NCBI GenBank assembly: GCA_963745075.1
Contig: CAVUWV010000024.1
Location: 32,001-96,000 of the forward strand
Source: Candidatus Hydrogenedentota bacterium
GTDB taxonomy: Bacteria > Hydrogenedentota > Hydrogenedentia > Hydrogenedentales > SLHB01
Direction of reading: 5' to 3'
Length of the DNA stretch: 64,000 bases
Within the stretch, counting starts at the first letter, position 1. Every line of letters begins with the position of its first letter. The position numbers and the translations under genes are program-made. The notes beneath the pieces were generated by a model. That model saw only the letters and a program-made list of their open reading frames with translations. It had not been told where the DNA came from and made no database searches. Below, one piece after another: positions 20,801 to 31,516 of the stretch.

Positions 20801-21134
20801 GCAAAGTCACGTCGTCAACTTGCGCATTACGCTCGATTACGCGGACGGTGAGTCCGTCGTGCGCGATCTCGTCAACCCCTTTGATATCGGCGATTGCTGG
20901 AGCACCTGGTGCGGCCGCTATCACGACTGCACCGCAAACGGCTTCGAAAACATCGGCGGCCGGACTGGTACCGCCGGTTCCATCGAAGTCGACGACCTGA
21001 CCCAACCCATCGCGCTCGACACCGAGGCCCAACTGCTTCGCTTTGACCTCCGGCCGGAAGTCGAATTGAAATCGTTTACCATCGAAGCCTACGCCAACGA
21101 CATCATCTTCGGCATCATGGGGGCGAGTGTTTAA
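17880..21134 (+). CDS. Large secreted six-hairpin glycosidase-like protein (DUF4450-like)
   Basis: Signal peptide; HGAWSWR..GWRGWYG, YNMNEVF, NTWISD, QASAY, GVFAEY, (alpha/alpha)6-type segments. Confidence 0.65.
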   Translation: MRLFPILLVSACICAYAQTPIPNSDTVNCYTPVDGGWHLRVSGTNQVPALSPESAIGVVQDNPRLHRRPLFPPADRSLIWNEDQREKLQRYGFRPLVLAYVEPRFLFDFHSAGGLLGHLRLGLIKDNTSKWLDEWSEIDVQYVDGSMDYVIHDPEFPDISVALSAVPLANSAGLILRITVTGGEGCELVWTYGGASAFSTNYAMTAPEFSFTPKQCAKDEWTLDGHVFTLRRAFDKDDVYMNEVFAAARYLDDWVATIQAGSDWRGQTGLGDPAAFVKSPTDLVKATEWHENTASGKNRVAVERVKLTKDETRVHVVAGMGGNVAEAIEHPKRAMDAALKRNANIADRVRIQTPDPYLNAAMTMMAFSTEGTWGDTAILHGAWSWRFAYLGWRGWYGPMCYGWTDRIRESIENHTTLGLVKEGPDMGALGSLLEYEPGVFYNMNEVFLDQTRKYYEYTGDVELMRRILPILQGILAWEDRRLQPKGESLYENSLNTWISDSHWYIGGQCTQASAYMLNANRFVGDLAERLGEDPTPYRQRADQIRAAMQEKLWMPDRGVFAEYLDTRGHQMLHTEPELPTIYHSAEFGAADPRQIVHMLQWVDANLKVETTPGGGKLVWSSNWYPNHARSYTHSTHELAYAEDLNLALTNYLAGRADDAYAILRGVLCGIYNGPTPGGLACHTYVDGRQRANDEFADAISMWGRAVVEGLFGIVPNRPKGYVTLSPQFPSDWSDASITSPALSYTWHRGGGVATIEWSSPVETSIHLRLPLSSESVDEASIDGKPIQVSVEPGYAGVNWACLITPVGKSGTIRVTYTPETIATIPPAPQCEERYPVRDTWSPPGEAGKDLAHWTIIDLADTFNARVTEVLPRVTEKAVAPEMPASQVGFGYWKQHLLQYHGSRNQEISDAAWRNKVGEDGIAWVTDGIPFKTSKDGPNIGVVSRAGGFPETLTIPVAAKGQALYLMLSGMTFPVQSHVVNLRITLDYADGESVVRDLVNPFDIGDCWSTWCGRYHDCTANGFENIGGRTGTAGSIEVDDLTQPIALDTEAQLLRFDLRPEVELKSFTIEAYANDIIFGIMGASV

Positions 21135-21176
21135 AATTAGTGGGTTGTCGCGGCTTTTGAAGACGGAGAATCGCGT

Positions 21177-23297
21177 ATGAATCTCTTGCTTGTTCTTCTG
21201 GCTTCCGTCAGTGCGGCTGGCGGTACCGCGGCGAGTGGTACCGTGACTGACTTCGGCCCGGTCCGTGCGGAGTTCGATTTGCGCACGATGTTGACCGACT
21301 ACGTGGTGCGCAAAAGTTGCGACGCGCTCAAAAGTACTGCCACTCGGCGGCGGGATGCCTTTCGCAGCGGCGAATGGGAAGCATGGCGGGATAATGTCCG
21401 CGGGGCCGTTCGGCAAGGGTTGGGGCCGATGCCCTTTGGCGCTGACGGTGGGCCCCTCAACGTCCGTGTCGTCTCCAAGCAGGAGCGGCCGGGATATGTG
21501 TTGGAGAACGTGCTGTTCGAGTCGTTGCCGGGACTCGACGTGAACGGGTCCGTCTACCTGCCTTTGGCAAAGGACTTCCCGCCGCCTTGGCCGGCCATCG
21601 TGGTGCCGGTCGGGCACAGCGCCAAGACCACGCCGAACTACCAATTGCCGGCGCAGGTCTTCGCGCGGCGCGGGTATGTCGCTATTACGTTCGACCCACC
21701 CGACATGGCCGGGGAGAAACCCGTCGGCAACGACCATTTTCGCGACGGTGTACGTTGCTACCTGACGGGCCAATCGTCGAATCGGTACTTCGTCATCGAC
21801 GCGTTGCGCTGTATCGACTATCTCGCTTCACGCGATGACATCGACATGAGCCACGGCGTGGGCATGACCGGCGTCAGCGGCGGCGGAATGACCACCATGT
21901 TCGCGACCCTGCTCGACGATCGCATCGCCGCGTCGGGTCCCGCGTGTTGCGCGGTACCGTTGGCGATGCATCCTGTACTCGATGGATACGCACCATGTCC
22001 CGAGACCCTGGCCTTCGACCGTTTCAATTCCTACGACGACACGGATGTCCTGGCCGCCGCCGTGCCCAAGCCCCTCCTGCTGATGGCCGGTGCGGCCGAC
22101 GAAGTGTTCACGGCGGATATGAGCCGTAGCATCGCCGATGACGTGACCGAGTCTTTCAATGCGGCGGATTTGCCGGACCGGTTTTCCTTCTTTCTCGATC
22201 CGGGCGGACATGCCTATACCGTGGCCATGGCGGAGCATTTTGCCGATTGGATGGACCAGTGGGTTCGGGGGTCAAAAAGTCGTCCCACTGCACCGTTCAC
22301 CGAAGCCGATCTCGAAGTGCTCCCGGCGGACACGCTGGCGTGTCATCCCCGGCAAGACGTGAACATGTTTGTTGCGAACCGGCTCGAAGCGGAGAAGCTT
22401 CGCGAATCGCGCGACGGCGATCCCGTTGCCGTCGCGCGGACCCTGGCAGGACTTGACGGCGAAATCCGGGTTCCGAATGCGAAAGCAAACGAGCCTGCGC
22501 TGGTGTGGTTTCACTACGTGCAGGAACTATTGCTCGAACCGGAACCCGGAATCGCACTGCCCTCCACATTTCTGTATCCATCGGATGAGGCATGGCGAGG
22601 CGGTACCGTATTGTACTTCGACGACCGCGGTCGTTGGGCCGACCTGCGGTCGCAGGGCCTTTTGACCAAGCTGGCCCGGTTCATCGACCACGACCACGAG
22701 CGCTTCGCAGTCATGACCGTCGATCTGCGCGGCTGGGGTGATACGAAGCCCGCGGATCAGCGCTACGACATGGCCGGGTGGGGCAGCCGTGAACGGTGGC
22801 TGGCCTACGTTTCCGCCGCGCTCGGCGACCCCGTTATGGCCATGCGCATCCGCGACGGTGTCGCGTCGCTCGCCTACCTCCGCAGCCGCGCCGAAGTCGA
22901 CCCCGAACGCATCGTCATCGGCGGACGCGGTCTCGGCGCGGTTGTTGCACTCCACGTCGCCGCCGTCGATGGAAACGTCGCGGGTGTGTTCGCCTTGGAC
23001 GGTCTGGCGACCTTTGAATCCCTGGCCGCGTCCGAGTCGTACACCTGGTCTCCGGAAGCGTTCTACCCGAACGTACTCAAGTATTATGATCTGCCGGAGT
23101 TAGCGCGCGCGCTGAAGATGCCGGTGGTTATTGCGAATCCGTTGGACGAGGCGAAGAGCTCGTGGAATCCGGAGGACGCAAGACGCTTGTATGGCAGAGA
23201 TGACGACGATACCCGCGCCAGGGTAATTGTAGTGAGTGACGTCAGCGACTGTGTCGAGTTTGTCCATGGTCTGTTGGCCACGACGGGATCGCAATAA
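21177..23297 (+). CDS. Secreted two-domain alpha/beta hydrolase (acetylxylan esterase-like)
   Basis: ENVLFESLPG, PVGHS, GMTGVSGGG nucleophile, GGHAY. Second domain VDLRGWG, GGRGLG. Confidence 0.8.
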   Translation: MNLLLVLLASVSAAGGTAASGTVTDFGPVRAEFDLRTMLTDYVVRKSCDALKSTATRRRDAFRSGEWEAWRDNVRGAVRQGLGPMPFGADGGPLNVRVVSKQERPGYVLENVLFESLPGLDVNGSVYLPLAKDFPPPWPAIVVPVGHSAKTTPNYQLPAQVFARRGYVAITFDPPDMAGEKPVGNDHFRDGVRCYLTGQSSNRYFVIDALRCIDYLASRDDIDMSHGVGMTGVSGGGMTTMFATLLDDRIAASGPACCAVPLAMHPVLDGYAPCPETLAFDRFNSYDDTDVLAAAVPKPLLLMAGAADEVFTADMSRSIADDVTESFNAADLPDRFSFFLDPGGHAYTVAMAEHFADWMDQWVRGSKSRPTAPFTEADLEVLPADTLACHPRQDVNMFVANRLEAEKLRESRDGDPVAVARTLAGLDGEIRVPNAKANEPALVWFHYVQELLLEPEPGIALPSTFLYPSDEAWRGGTVLYFDDRGRWADLRSQGLLTKLARFIDHDHERFAVMTVDLRGWGDTKPADQRYDMAGWGSRERWLAYVSAALGDPVMAMRIRDGVASLAYLRSRAEVDPERIVIGGRGLGAVVALHVAAVDGNVAGVFALDGLATFESLAASESYTWSPEAFYPNVLKYYDLPELARALKMPVVIANPLDEAKSSWNPEDARRLYGRDDDDTRARVIVVSDVSDCVEFVHGLLATTGSQ

Positions 23298-23316
23298 TGC
23301 GGCCTCGCATCCACAC

Positions 23317-23342
23317 CGTCATTCCCGCGAACGCGGGAATCC
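23317..23342. repeat. CGTC-type REP palindrome between convergent genes
   Basis: CGTCATTCCCGCGAACGCGGGAATCC, with a perfect ATTCCCGCG/CGCGGGAAT stem. Confidence 0.7.
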
Positions 23343-23379
23343 ATCTTCTGCGTCCACCCGAAATCGAAAGTGCGTAAAC

Positions 23380-25315
23380 CTATCTCGGTTCCGCTTTCGT
23401 CGTCAGCTGCAACCCCGCTTCCGGCTGCTCGGTCCGCACCACGATGCACGTATGATGATTCTTCGGGTCGTCGCTCCCGTCGTGGCCTTTTAACGTATTG
23501 TCCGGAAGCTTCACCTGCGTAACGGTCAACGGTGCATTCCCGGTCAGCGAGATGGTGGCGTTGGGCCACGTGACGGTATAGCGCTCTCCTTCTCCCGCGA
23601 TTTTGACCTCGTCTTCTGTGCCGAGGTGCCAGCGGAAGAGGATGACCTGTTCCGCCCCTTCTGAGAGGGCGACGTTCATCAGAAACGGTCAGGGAGTTTG
23701 CGTCCCACGCGACGTGGCGCGTCCAGCGTGTGAGGCCGTCGTAGCAGGCCGTGGCATCGACGGACACCTCCCCGCCGTTAGCGTCGAGGCGCGTCACGGT
23801 GATGGGCGCGACGCCACCGCGTTTCTGCCAGCCGGGGTGCGAGACGGTTTTGCCGGTGTCGCTCGCGGACTCGGGCTCGACGGCGCCGAGTTGGAGCACG
23901 TTGTGGCCCACGCCGGAGCTGTAGTGCGTCATGATCTGGGGATGGCTGTACGAGGGTGTGCCCGCTTCGATCAGGATCGGCCGGCCGTGCGCAACGAAAT
24001 TCACGTGACCGCGATCCTGGTGATCGTGCTGATCGAGGGGATGCCCGCCGCGCACCCATACGCCCGTGCCGTTCCGTTCCCAACTGTCGCGCCAGTTCAC
24101 ACGCGCCGCCCGTTCGTATGCGGCGAAGAGTGGGGGAGCCGCATCCGGTCCGACGGGCGGCAACGCCCGCGCGGCGAGTCCGGCGAGGTCGTCCGAGGGA
24201 CCGTCCAAATAATATTGCAGCGCCCAGCGTGCGACCGGATCGCCGGTACACATGGCCGCCAGGGACAGGAGCGGCCGGGTATGGTCCGCCGCGCCGTACG
24301 CGCCGCCCGCGTCGAAACAGTTGATTACCATGTCGCCGGGTTGAAAGTGATGCACGAGCCACGTGGGGAAGTGCTTGAGAAAAGGATGATCGATGGCCCG
24401 GCGATCGCCGGTCACGGCCATGGCGTGGGCCGCATGCAACATGGACGTGACCGTGAACTGGGCGTAGCCGAACCCTTCCTCGAATTCGCCATGGTCGCCA
24501 TGTGCATCGAACGCGCGCATGAGGTTGGTCACGCCAAGCGAATAGGCATCGGGATGCGTATCTTTGCCGAGGATCAGGCAGGCGCGCACGAGTCCTTCCG
24601 TGGGAAGCACCCATTGGTTCGTGTTGGGATTGTCTCCCCGGATGAACCAACTGCGTTTCGTGTTCCAATCGTCCACCACGCCCGCGATCTCGCCTTCGAG
24701 CAGTTGGTGCAGACGGTTTACAAGCTCGGGACTCAAACTGCCTTCGGGCAACAAGTCCAAGGTGTCGCCAATTGCGCGCACTCCACATCCCGTGGCCAGC
24801 CAGTTGCCGTCTTTTCCATCGGCGGGCAAACGATTGCCCGGCGTGTAGAGCGTCCATCCCGGCCGTTGCAACGGCGACCACGACGCCATCTCATCGAGTT
24901 GCGCCACGACTCGATCCAGGAGCTTTGGGTCCTTGGTGAGCCGGTATCCCGCCGCCAGGAGCGGCAATTCGCCCGCGAGCGTGTTGCACGCGGCAAAGTC
25001 CGACATGGCCAAGGCGAACTGTTCTTTGATCTCCGGCTCGAGTTGTTCGCTACGCCCGTCGAGCCACGTGCGGTTCTGCCCGACTTCGCCGAGCGCATGG
25101 GCCCGGCGAATGATGGGGGACTCCGCGGCCTCTCGCGCGGATGTGACGATCGTTTCACGCGCCGTGTTGAGTGCGGGATTTCCTTCCGCCTCGTCAAGCA
25201 ATGCACCCCAACTCAGCACCGGCGGCATCGCATCGCCGGATTCCTGAGCGTTTACGCCACTCGCGGCGCCGATTCCGGCCACTACCAAAATGAATATAAC
25301 TGCTAATGTCCTCAT
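23380..25315 (-). CDS. Heparinase II/III family polysaccharide lyase-like protein; frameshift near 23675
   Basis: Signal peptide, NQW, EEGFGY, HDHQDRGHV, GHNVLQ. The C-terminus VALSEGAEQVILFRWHLG... continues in a shifted frame to the TAG at 23380. Confidence 0.8.
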
Positions 25316-25446
25316 GACCGACTCCCATCGATGAACATGTATCCTTCGTTAAGCTCTCATGCCGTGTTGTGTCGACGATTCGTGCGACGATGACGTTACC
25401 GCGTGTTCAGCGAAGTGTAGCATCCGCTGAGTGTTGATAGTTACGC

Positions 25447-25614
25447 AAGAACATCCCCCTTGATCCCCCTTCAAAGGGGGAAGTTTGCGTACCCTCGGTT
25501 GTGGTGATATCAGTCGTGACCGGTTCGGAAACTGGACTTTAACTATCCTTAAAACACGACGCAAAGTGTCGTGACTAATTCCCCCTTTGAAGGGGGATCA
25601 AGGGGGATGTTCTT
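25447..25614. repeat. REPIN-like element with 36-bp perfect inverted repeats
   Basis: AAGAACATCCCCCTTGATCCCCCTTCAAAGGGGGAA (25447-25482) and its reverse complement at 25579-25614. Confidence 0.85.
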
Positions 25615-25891
25615 CGTTTCCTGTCCAATCCGTGACGGGTATCGAATGCCCAGTCAAGCTGTGGTGCCAGCCACAATTAGCGATTCTGCAACCACAATTC
25701 ACAGTGGAGGCACCCATTCCCGGACCCAATACCGTGCCTGGTTGCCCTGCGAAGCATTGAACGGACTCCGCAATCGCACCTATAGTACCTTATCGCGGCC
25801 TGGAAACCGGGTGATAAGACGGCCGCATTACGAGGGTGCACCTGAGAACGCGTCATCGAGAACGTTCCTGGTAAATTTGGGGGCCTTATTC

Positions 25892-28800
25892 GTGCGTACG
25901 ATTCGAGCATTACCGACGTTGATCGCGATTGCGGCGCTTGCCAGCGTTTCGAGCTGGGCTGAGGTGCGCATCTGGGAAGAAGCGGTTACCATCCCCACCT
26001 ACCCCGTGCAACCGGCGGATCCCAACCCGCGGTTCTACGAAGGACGGGTGTATCAGGGCGCCCAGGGACCCGTGTATCCCTACGCCATGCTGGATGGCTT
26101 GTCGGACGACAAGGAGGACCGCACATACCAGGCGGTGTACCTGGAGAATGAGTACGTCCGTATTTGCGTCTTGCCGGAGATCGGCGGGCGCATCTTTGAA
26201 GCCCTCGACAAGACCGACGGCTACGACTTCTTTTACCGGCAACACGTGATCAAGCCGGACCTCATCGGCATGCTCGGCGCCTGGATCTCCGGCGGCGTCG
26301 AATGGTGTGTCTTCCATCACCACCGCAACACGACCTTCATGCCGGTCGATCACGTTCTTGTGGACAACCCGGACGGCAGCAAGACGGTCTGGGTCGGCGA
26401 GACGGAGCGGCGGCACCGAATGCGCTGGATCATCGGCATGACCCTGTCGCCGGGCAGTTCGCGTCTCGACGTGACCGTGAAACTGTTCAATCGCACGCCG
26501 TATGCGAACACGATGTTGTACTGGGCCAACGTGGCCATTCATTCCACGGATGGCTACCAGGTTATCTTTCCGCCCTCCGTGCAGTATGCGACCTTCCATG
26601 GCAAGCACGAATTCACCCACTGGCCCATTTCGGCCGAGGTGTACTACGGGCAGGACTACACGAAAGGGGTCGACGTGAGTTGGTGGAAGAGCCACCCGAA
26701 CCCCTCGTCTTTCTTCGCGTGGAATCCACAAGACGATTTCTTCGCGGGGTACGATCACGACAAGCAGGCGGGCGTGGCGCACGTGGCGGACCACCATGTC
26801 GTGCCGGGCATGAAACTGTGGACCTGGGGGACGAACTCGACCTGGGACCGCGTGAAACTGACCGACGACGACGGTCCCTACGCAGAGATTATGGCTGGCG
26901 CCTATTCCGACAACCAGCCCGATTACAGTTGGATCCAGCCTCACGAGGTCAAGGTTTTCACGCAGAGTTGGTATCCCTTGCGCGAAATGGACGGCGTGCG
27001 CAACGCGAACCGGGATGCCGCGGTCAACATTACCGTAACGCCTGAAGGGAAGATCCACTTCGCCGCGAACTCGACGGCCCGGCATGACAAGGCGTCGATT
27101 GTGGTCAAGGCGGGCGATAACCTCGTCTACCAGGAGGATATCACCATCGATCCGGCGAATCCCTATTTCAACGAAGTGAAGAAGCCCGACGATGTTACTG
27201 ATGACGACCTGAGCATCGCGCTTCTGGACGGCGACGGACAGGAATTGGTCTCGTATCACCCGGTGAAACGCGAGGCCGAACCCATGCCGGATCCGGTCAC
27301 GCCGCCGCCTGCGCCGGAAGAAATCAAAACCGTCGAAGAACTCTACCTCACCGGGCTGCGTCTTGAACAATTCTACAACCCGTCCGTGGACCCGCGTCCA
27401 TACTACGAGGAAGCCCTGAAACGCGACCCCGGCGACTCGCGCGTCAATACCGTCATGGCGGTGAACGCCTGCAAGCGCGGGGAGTTCGCCGAGGCCGAGG
27501 ATCACCTTCGTCTCGCCCTGGATCGAATCACGAAGAACTATACGCGCCCGAAAGACGGCGAACCCTACTACTATCTCGGCGTCGCGTTGTCCGCCCAGGG
27601 TAAGCAGGATGAGGCGTACGACGCGTACAGCCGCGCGGCGTGGAGTATCGCCTGGTACGCGCCCAGCATGTTCGCGCTCGCGCAACTGGATTGTGTCAAT
27701 GGCGATTATGAGCGCGCCTTGGAACACGTGGACAATGCGTTGGCAGGGGATGCGCGTGATACTAAGGCGATAGATCTGCGCGCTGCGATTTTGCGGCATT
27801 TGGACCGTGTTGAAGAGGCGACGAAGCAGACCGACGCGTCGCTGACTATCGATCCCCTGGATTTCTATGGTGCGAACGAGCGGTATCTTGCAGATGTCGC
27901 TCGCGGCAAGAAGGGCAAAGCCGACAACGTACTTGATGAACTCAACGTGCGGATGCGGGGCGACGTTCATTCCCATATGGAGTTGGCGTCGGACTATATG
28001 GAAGCCGCCATGTGGGACGAAGCCGTCGACGTGCTCAAGCGGCTGGAACGTCACCGGCGGTGCAAGCGGTAGCACGTATCCCATGCTCTATTACTACCTC
28101 GCTTACTGCCTGGAACAAAAAGGTGACGGCGCGGAAGCGGAGAAGTACTACGAAGTGGCGCCCACCATGCCCGGTACGTATTGTTTCCCGTACCGCCTGG
28201 AGTCGATTCACATTCTCAGACATGCCATGGAACGGGACCCTGGGGACGGACGGGCGCCCTATTACCTGGGTAATCTGCTCTACGACCGTCAGCCCGACGC
28301 GGCAGTGGAGTCTTGGGAAACGGCCCGCGCCATCGACCCCAATCAGGCGACCCTTCAGCGGAATCTTGGATTTGCCTACTCGAAGAAGAATGAAATCGAC
28401 AAGGCCATCGCGAGTTACGAAGCCTCCGTGCAATGTAATTCCGATGACCCTCGCGTGTTCTACGAGGCCGAATTGATTTACGAAAAAGCCGGCGTGGACC
28501 CGAAGGTGCGCTTGGCGCTGCTGGACAAGAATCCTGACACGGTGTTCAAGCGGGACGATTTGATCGCGCGAAGGATCGAGTTGCAGGTCCAGGCGGGTCG
28601 ATACGACGACGCGATAGACACACTAAGCAACCGCACCTTCGACACCTGGGAGGGTGGCGGCGGCATTCACGACGTATATGTCAACGCCCGCATCTTGCGG
28701 GGTCTTGCCGCCTTGCACCGGAACAACGTCGATGCGGGGTTGGCCGATTTAGTTGCCGCACTCGACTATCCCGCCAACTTGGGAGTGGATCGTCCCGGTA

Positions 28801-29246
28801 CGGATCCCAAGGCTGCGCGGACCGAGTACCTCATCGGCTTGGCCTGCGAATCGAAAGGCGATGCTGGACAAGCACAGACCCACTTTGAAACTGCGGCCGG
28901 AACGGATGTCCAGACGACTGACTACCGCTATTACAAAGGTCAAGCCTTGCGTAAACTGGGGAAGGATGCGGACGCGCAGGCACTTTTCGACGCGCTAATC
29001 GCCGACGGTACCAAGGAACTTGAAGAAGGCGGCAACGTCGACTTCTTCGCGGCATTCGGCGAGAAGGTCTCTCATGACAAACGCATGGCGAATGCCCATT
29101 ATACGATCGGACTCGGCCTTCTCGGGAAAGAACAGACGGACGAGGCGGGCGACCATTTCGCAGAAACGTTGAAGCTGGACCCCAACCATCTCTGGGTACG
29201 GGAACTGATGTCCGGTATTGCCGCGCCCGCGACAAATCGAAATTAA
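25892..29246 (+). CDS. DUF5107 domain plus TPR-repeat protein; frameshift near 28048
   Basis: YQGAQGPVYPY, LENEY, LPEIGGRI, GAWISGGVEW, YSDNQPDY, followed by TPRs. ORFs 25571-28072 and 27867-29246 join if one base is removed. Confidence 0.85.
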
Positions 29247-29755
29247 AAGACTTCGACGCGGTATTCGCGCCGCGCCGCCACCGTCTCACGTTTGTCGCGG
29301 ACTTCGGTTACGTCGTGAAACGTCCAAACGCGGCCGCAGAGGCCGTCATCGATCACGAGCGGGAGTGAGTGGCGTTCAAAGACTCTTCCATCCTTGAAAT
29401 GCAGCGTATCCGACGACTCGCTGAAGGACGCGTACAATTCCATTACTCGGGCGAGAAACTCGTCCGGGTCCAGGAGTTGGTCGAGGACAAACTCGAGGAG
29501 TTCGTTGTCATCCCCCGCTTCGATGAGGTCCGGGGGAATATGCCACATGTGCGCGAATTGCCGGTTCGCGAAGACCACGTGGCCTTCTTCATTGACCGCC
29601 AGGATTCCGTCCGCCGCCGAGTCCAGCGTTGCGTATAAGACGCGTTCCTTCTGGCGCATCAAGCGTTCGCGCTCTTCCAGTTCGGCGATTCGTCCCTTCA
29701 ACTCGCGGACTTCGCCGGCATGTGTGAGTTTGGACTTTTCATATTCCGTCGACAT
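29243..29755 (-). CDS. Stand-alone PAS domain protein
   Basis: Coiled coil, LDSAADGILAVN, FANRQF, KDGRVFERHS, GRVWTFHDVTE. No output domain. Confidence 0.8.
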   Translation of the reverse strand: MSTEYEKSKLTHAGEVRELKGRIAELEERERLMRQKERVLYATLDSAADGILAVNEEGHVVFANRQFAHMWHIPPDLIEAGDDNELLEFVLDQLLDPDEFLARVMELYASFSESSDTLHFKDGRVFERHSLPLVIDDGLCGRVWTFHDVTEVRDKRETVAARREYRVEVF

Positions 29756-29818
29756 TGTTCTGTCCCCCGAACGTTCACGACGTAGCCGACCCCCGTCACG
29801 TCCGAAACTTCTAACCAC

Positions 29819-29942
29819 TTCTAACAAGAACCCAAATCGATTCCGACCGTTGTGGTGCGGACATCCCTGCCTGCAGACGCCATCGGTCCAAAAGCAGCCA
29901 AGATGGCCGCACCACAATCGGACGACTTGGTTTTTGCTAGAA
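29819..29942. repeat. Nested imperfect inverted-repeat element (REP doublet inside outer inverted repeats)
   Basis: Outer TTCTAACAAGAACC...GGTTTTTGCTAGAA. Inner TTGTGGTGCGGACATC...GATGGCCGCACCACAA. Confidence 0.7.
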
Positions 29943-30154
29943 ATTCTAACTACATAATAGCACGCTTTCTGGTCCGCTGGAGATTTTTCTGAGCCGACGC
30001 ATGCATCATTCCAGCGTGTGTGGCCGTCGCGCGCCGCGAAAGGTCAGGCAACTGTCCGTAACTCCCGTGGATATCTGGCAATGGCGGGGTATCCGGAGTA
30101 AGATGGGAAGGGTCGTTTCGCGACCGGGGTTGAAGCGAATTGGGGGGCAAGACG

Positions 30155-31465
30155 ATGACTGCAAAGCTGGATCGGAGAGCGTTTCTTGAAGTTGGAGCCG
30201 GCGTCGCGTTGGGTACCGCAGTGGGAATCCTGCCGAGTACAGCGGCGGCGGTGGAGCCGGTAAGAGTCGGCGTTATCGGGACTGGCAATCGCGGGCGAAG
30301 TTTGCTGTCTACCATGGCGAGCCTGCCCGGCGTGGAAGTCCCTGCCATCTGCGATATCGACCCCGACGCAGTCACCAAGGCGAAGGCCCTGTTGGCAGAA
30401 GCGGGACGAGCGGAGCCGGAGACGTATGTCGGGGATGAGCTGTACTACAAGAAACTCCTGGAACGGGACGACCTCGATGCGGTCGTGATCGCCACGTACT
30501 GGCAATGGCACACCCCGATGGCCGTGGATGTAATGAAGGCGGGCAAGTATGTGGCGGTGGAGGTGCCCGCCGCGCTTTCGATCGACGAATGCTGGGACCT
30601 CGTGAAAACCCACGAAGAGACCGGCGTACCTTGCATGATGCTCGAGAACTGGAGTTTTCGCCGCGACAACCTTGCGGTCTTAAACATGATCCGCGCGGGT
30701 TTACTCGGCGAGATGGTTCATTGCCACTGCGCCCACTCCCACGACTGCATCGACCACTGGTTTTTCGACCCCGAAGGCAACATGCGGTGGAGCGCCGAGT
30801 TTCTGGTCAACTACAACCGCGATCAGTATCCCACGCATAGCCTCGGCCCCGTACTGAGCTGGCTCGATATCAACTGTGGCGACGCCTATGCGACATTGAC
30901 GTCCACCGCAACGGATTCTCGCGGGATCAACGCCTACTTCGCACGCCGGTTTGGCCCGGACCATCCCAACGCGAAGCGGGTGTACAAGCAGGGCGACATC
31001 GTAACGTCGGTCGTGCGCACGCGTCAGGGGAAGACGATCGTTATCAATTACGACATGCAACTGCCCCGTCCATACGACAACCGCTGGACCGTGCAAGGGA
31101 CGCTGGGCATCTACAATGAACAGCGGAATTCCGTATATCTCGAAGGGCGAACCGCCGCCTACCATCAGTGGGAAAGTTTCGATCCCTATCAGACCGAATA
31201 TGACCACCCCTGGTGGCGGCAATACGGTCCCGAAGCGGAAAAGGCCGGCCACGCGGGAACCGACTATCTCGAACTGAAACTGTTTCTCGATGCCGTGCGC
31301 ACCAAATCACAGACGCCAATCGATGTCTATGACTCCGTGACCATGAGCTGCATCGTTCCGTTGTCGGGACAATCCATCGAGAATGGCAGCGCGCCGGTCG
31401 AATGTCCGGATTTCACAAAAGGCGCGTGGAAAACCGCCAAGCCGAAGTTCGCCGCGATCCCGTGA
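30155..31465 (+). CDS. Tat-exported GH109-like NAD-dependent glycosidase (Gfo/Idh/MocA fold)
   Basis: DRRAFLE, GVIGTGNRG, VAVEVPAA, MMLEN, YPTH motif, GHAGTDY. Confidence 0.85.
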   Translation: MTAKLDRRAFLEVGAGVALGTAVGILPSTAAAVEPVRVGVIGTGNRGRSLLSTMASLPGVEVPAICDIDPDAVTKAKALLAEAGRAEPETYVGDELYYKKLLERDDLDAVVIATYWQWHTPMAVDVMKAGKYVAVEVPAALSIDECWDLVKTHEETGVPCMMLENWSFRRDNLAVLNMIRAGLLGEMVHCHCAHSHDCIDHWFFDPEGNMRWSAEFLVNYNRDQYPTHSLGPVLSWLDINCGDAYATLTSTATDSRGINAYFARRFGPDHPNAKRVYKQGDIVTSVVRTRQGKTIVINYDMQLPRPYDNRWTVQGTLGIYNEQRNSVYLEGRTAAYHQWESFDPYQTEYDHPWWRQYGPEAEKAGHAGTDYLELKLFLDAVRTKSQTPIDVYDSVTMSCIVPLSGQSIENGSAPVECPDFTKGAWKTAKPKFAAIP

Positions 31466-31516
31466 GTCGGTGTTTTGCTGGACCGTGAATCCGGATGAAA
31501 TCGGAGGAGAAACCCG

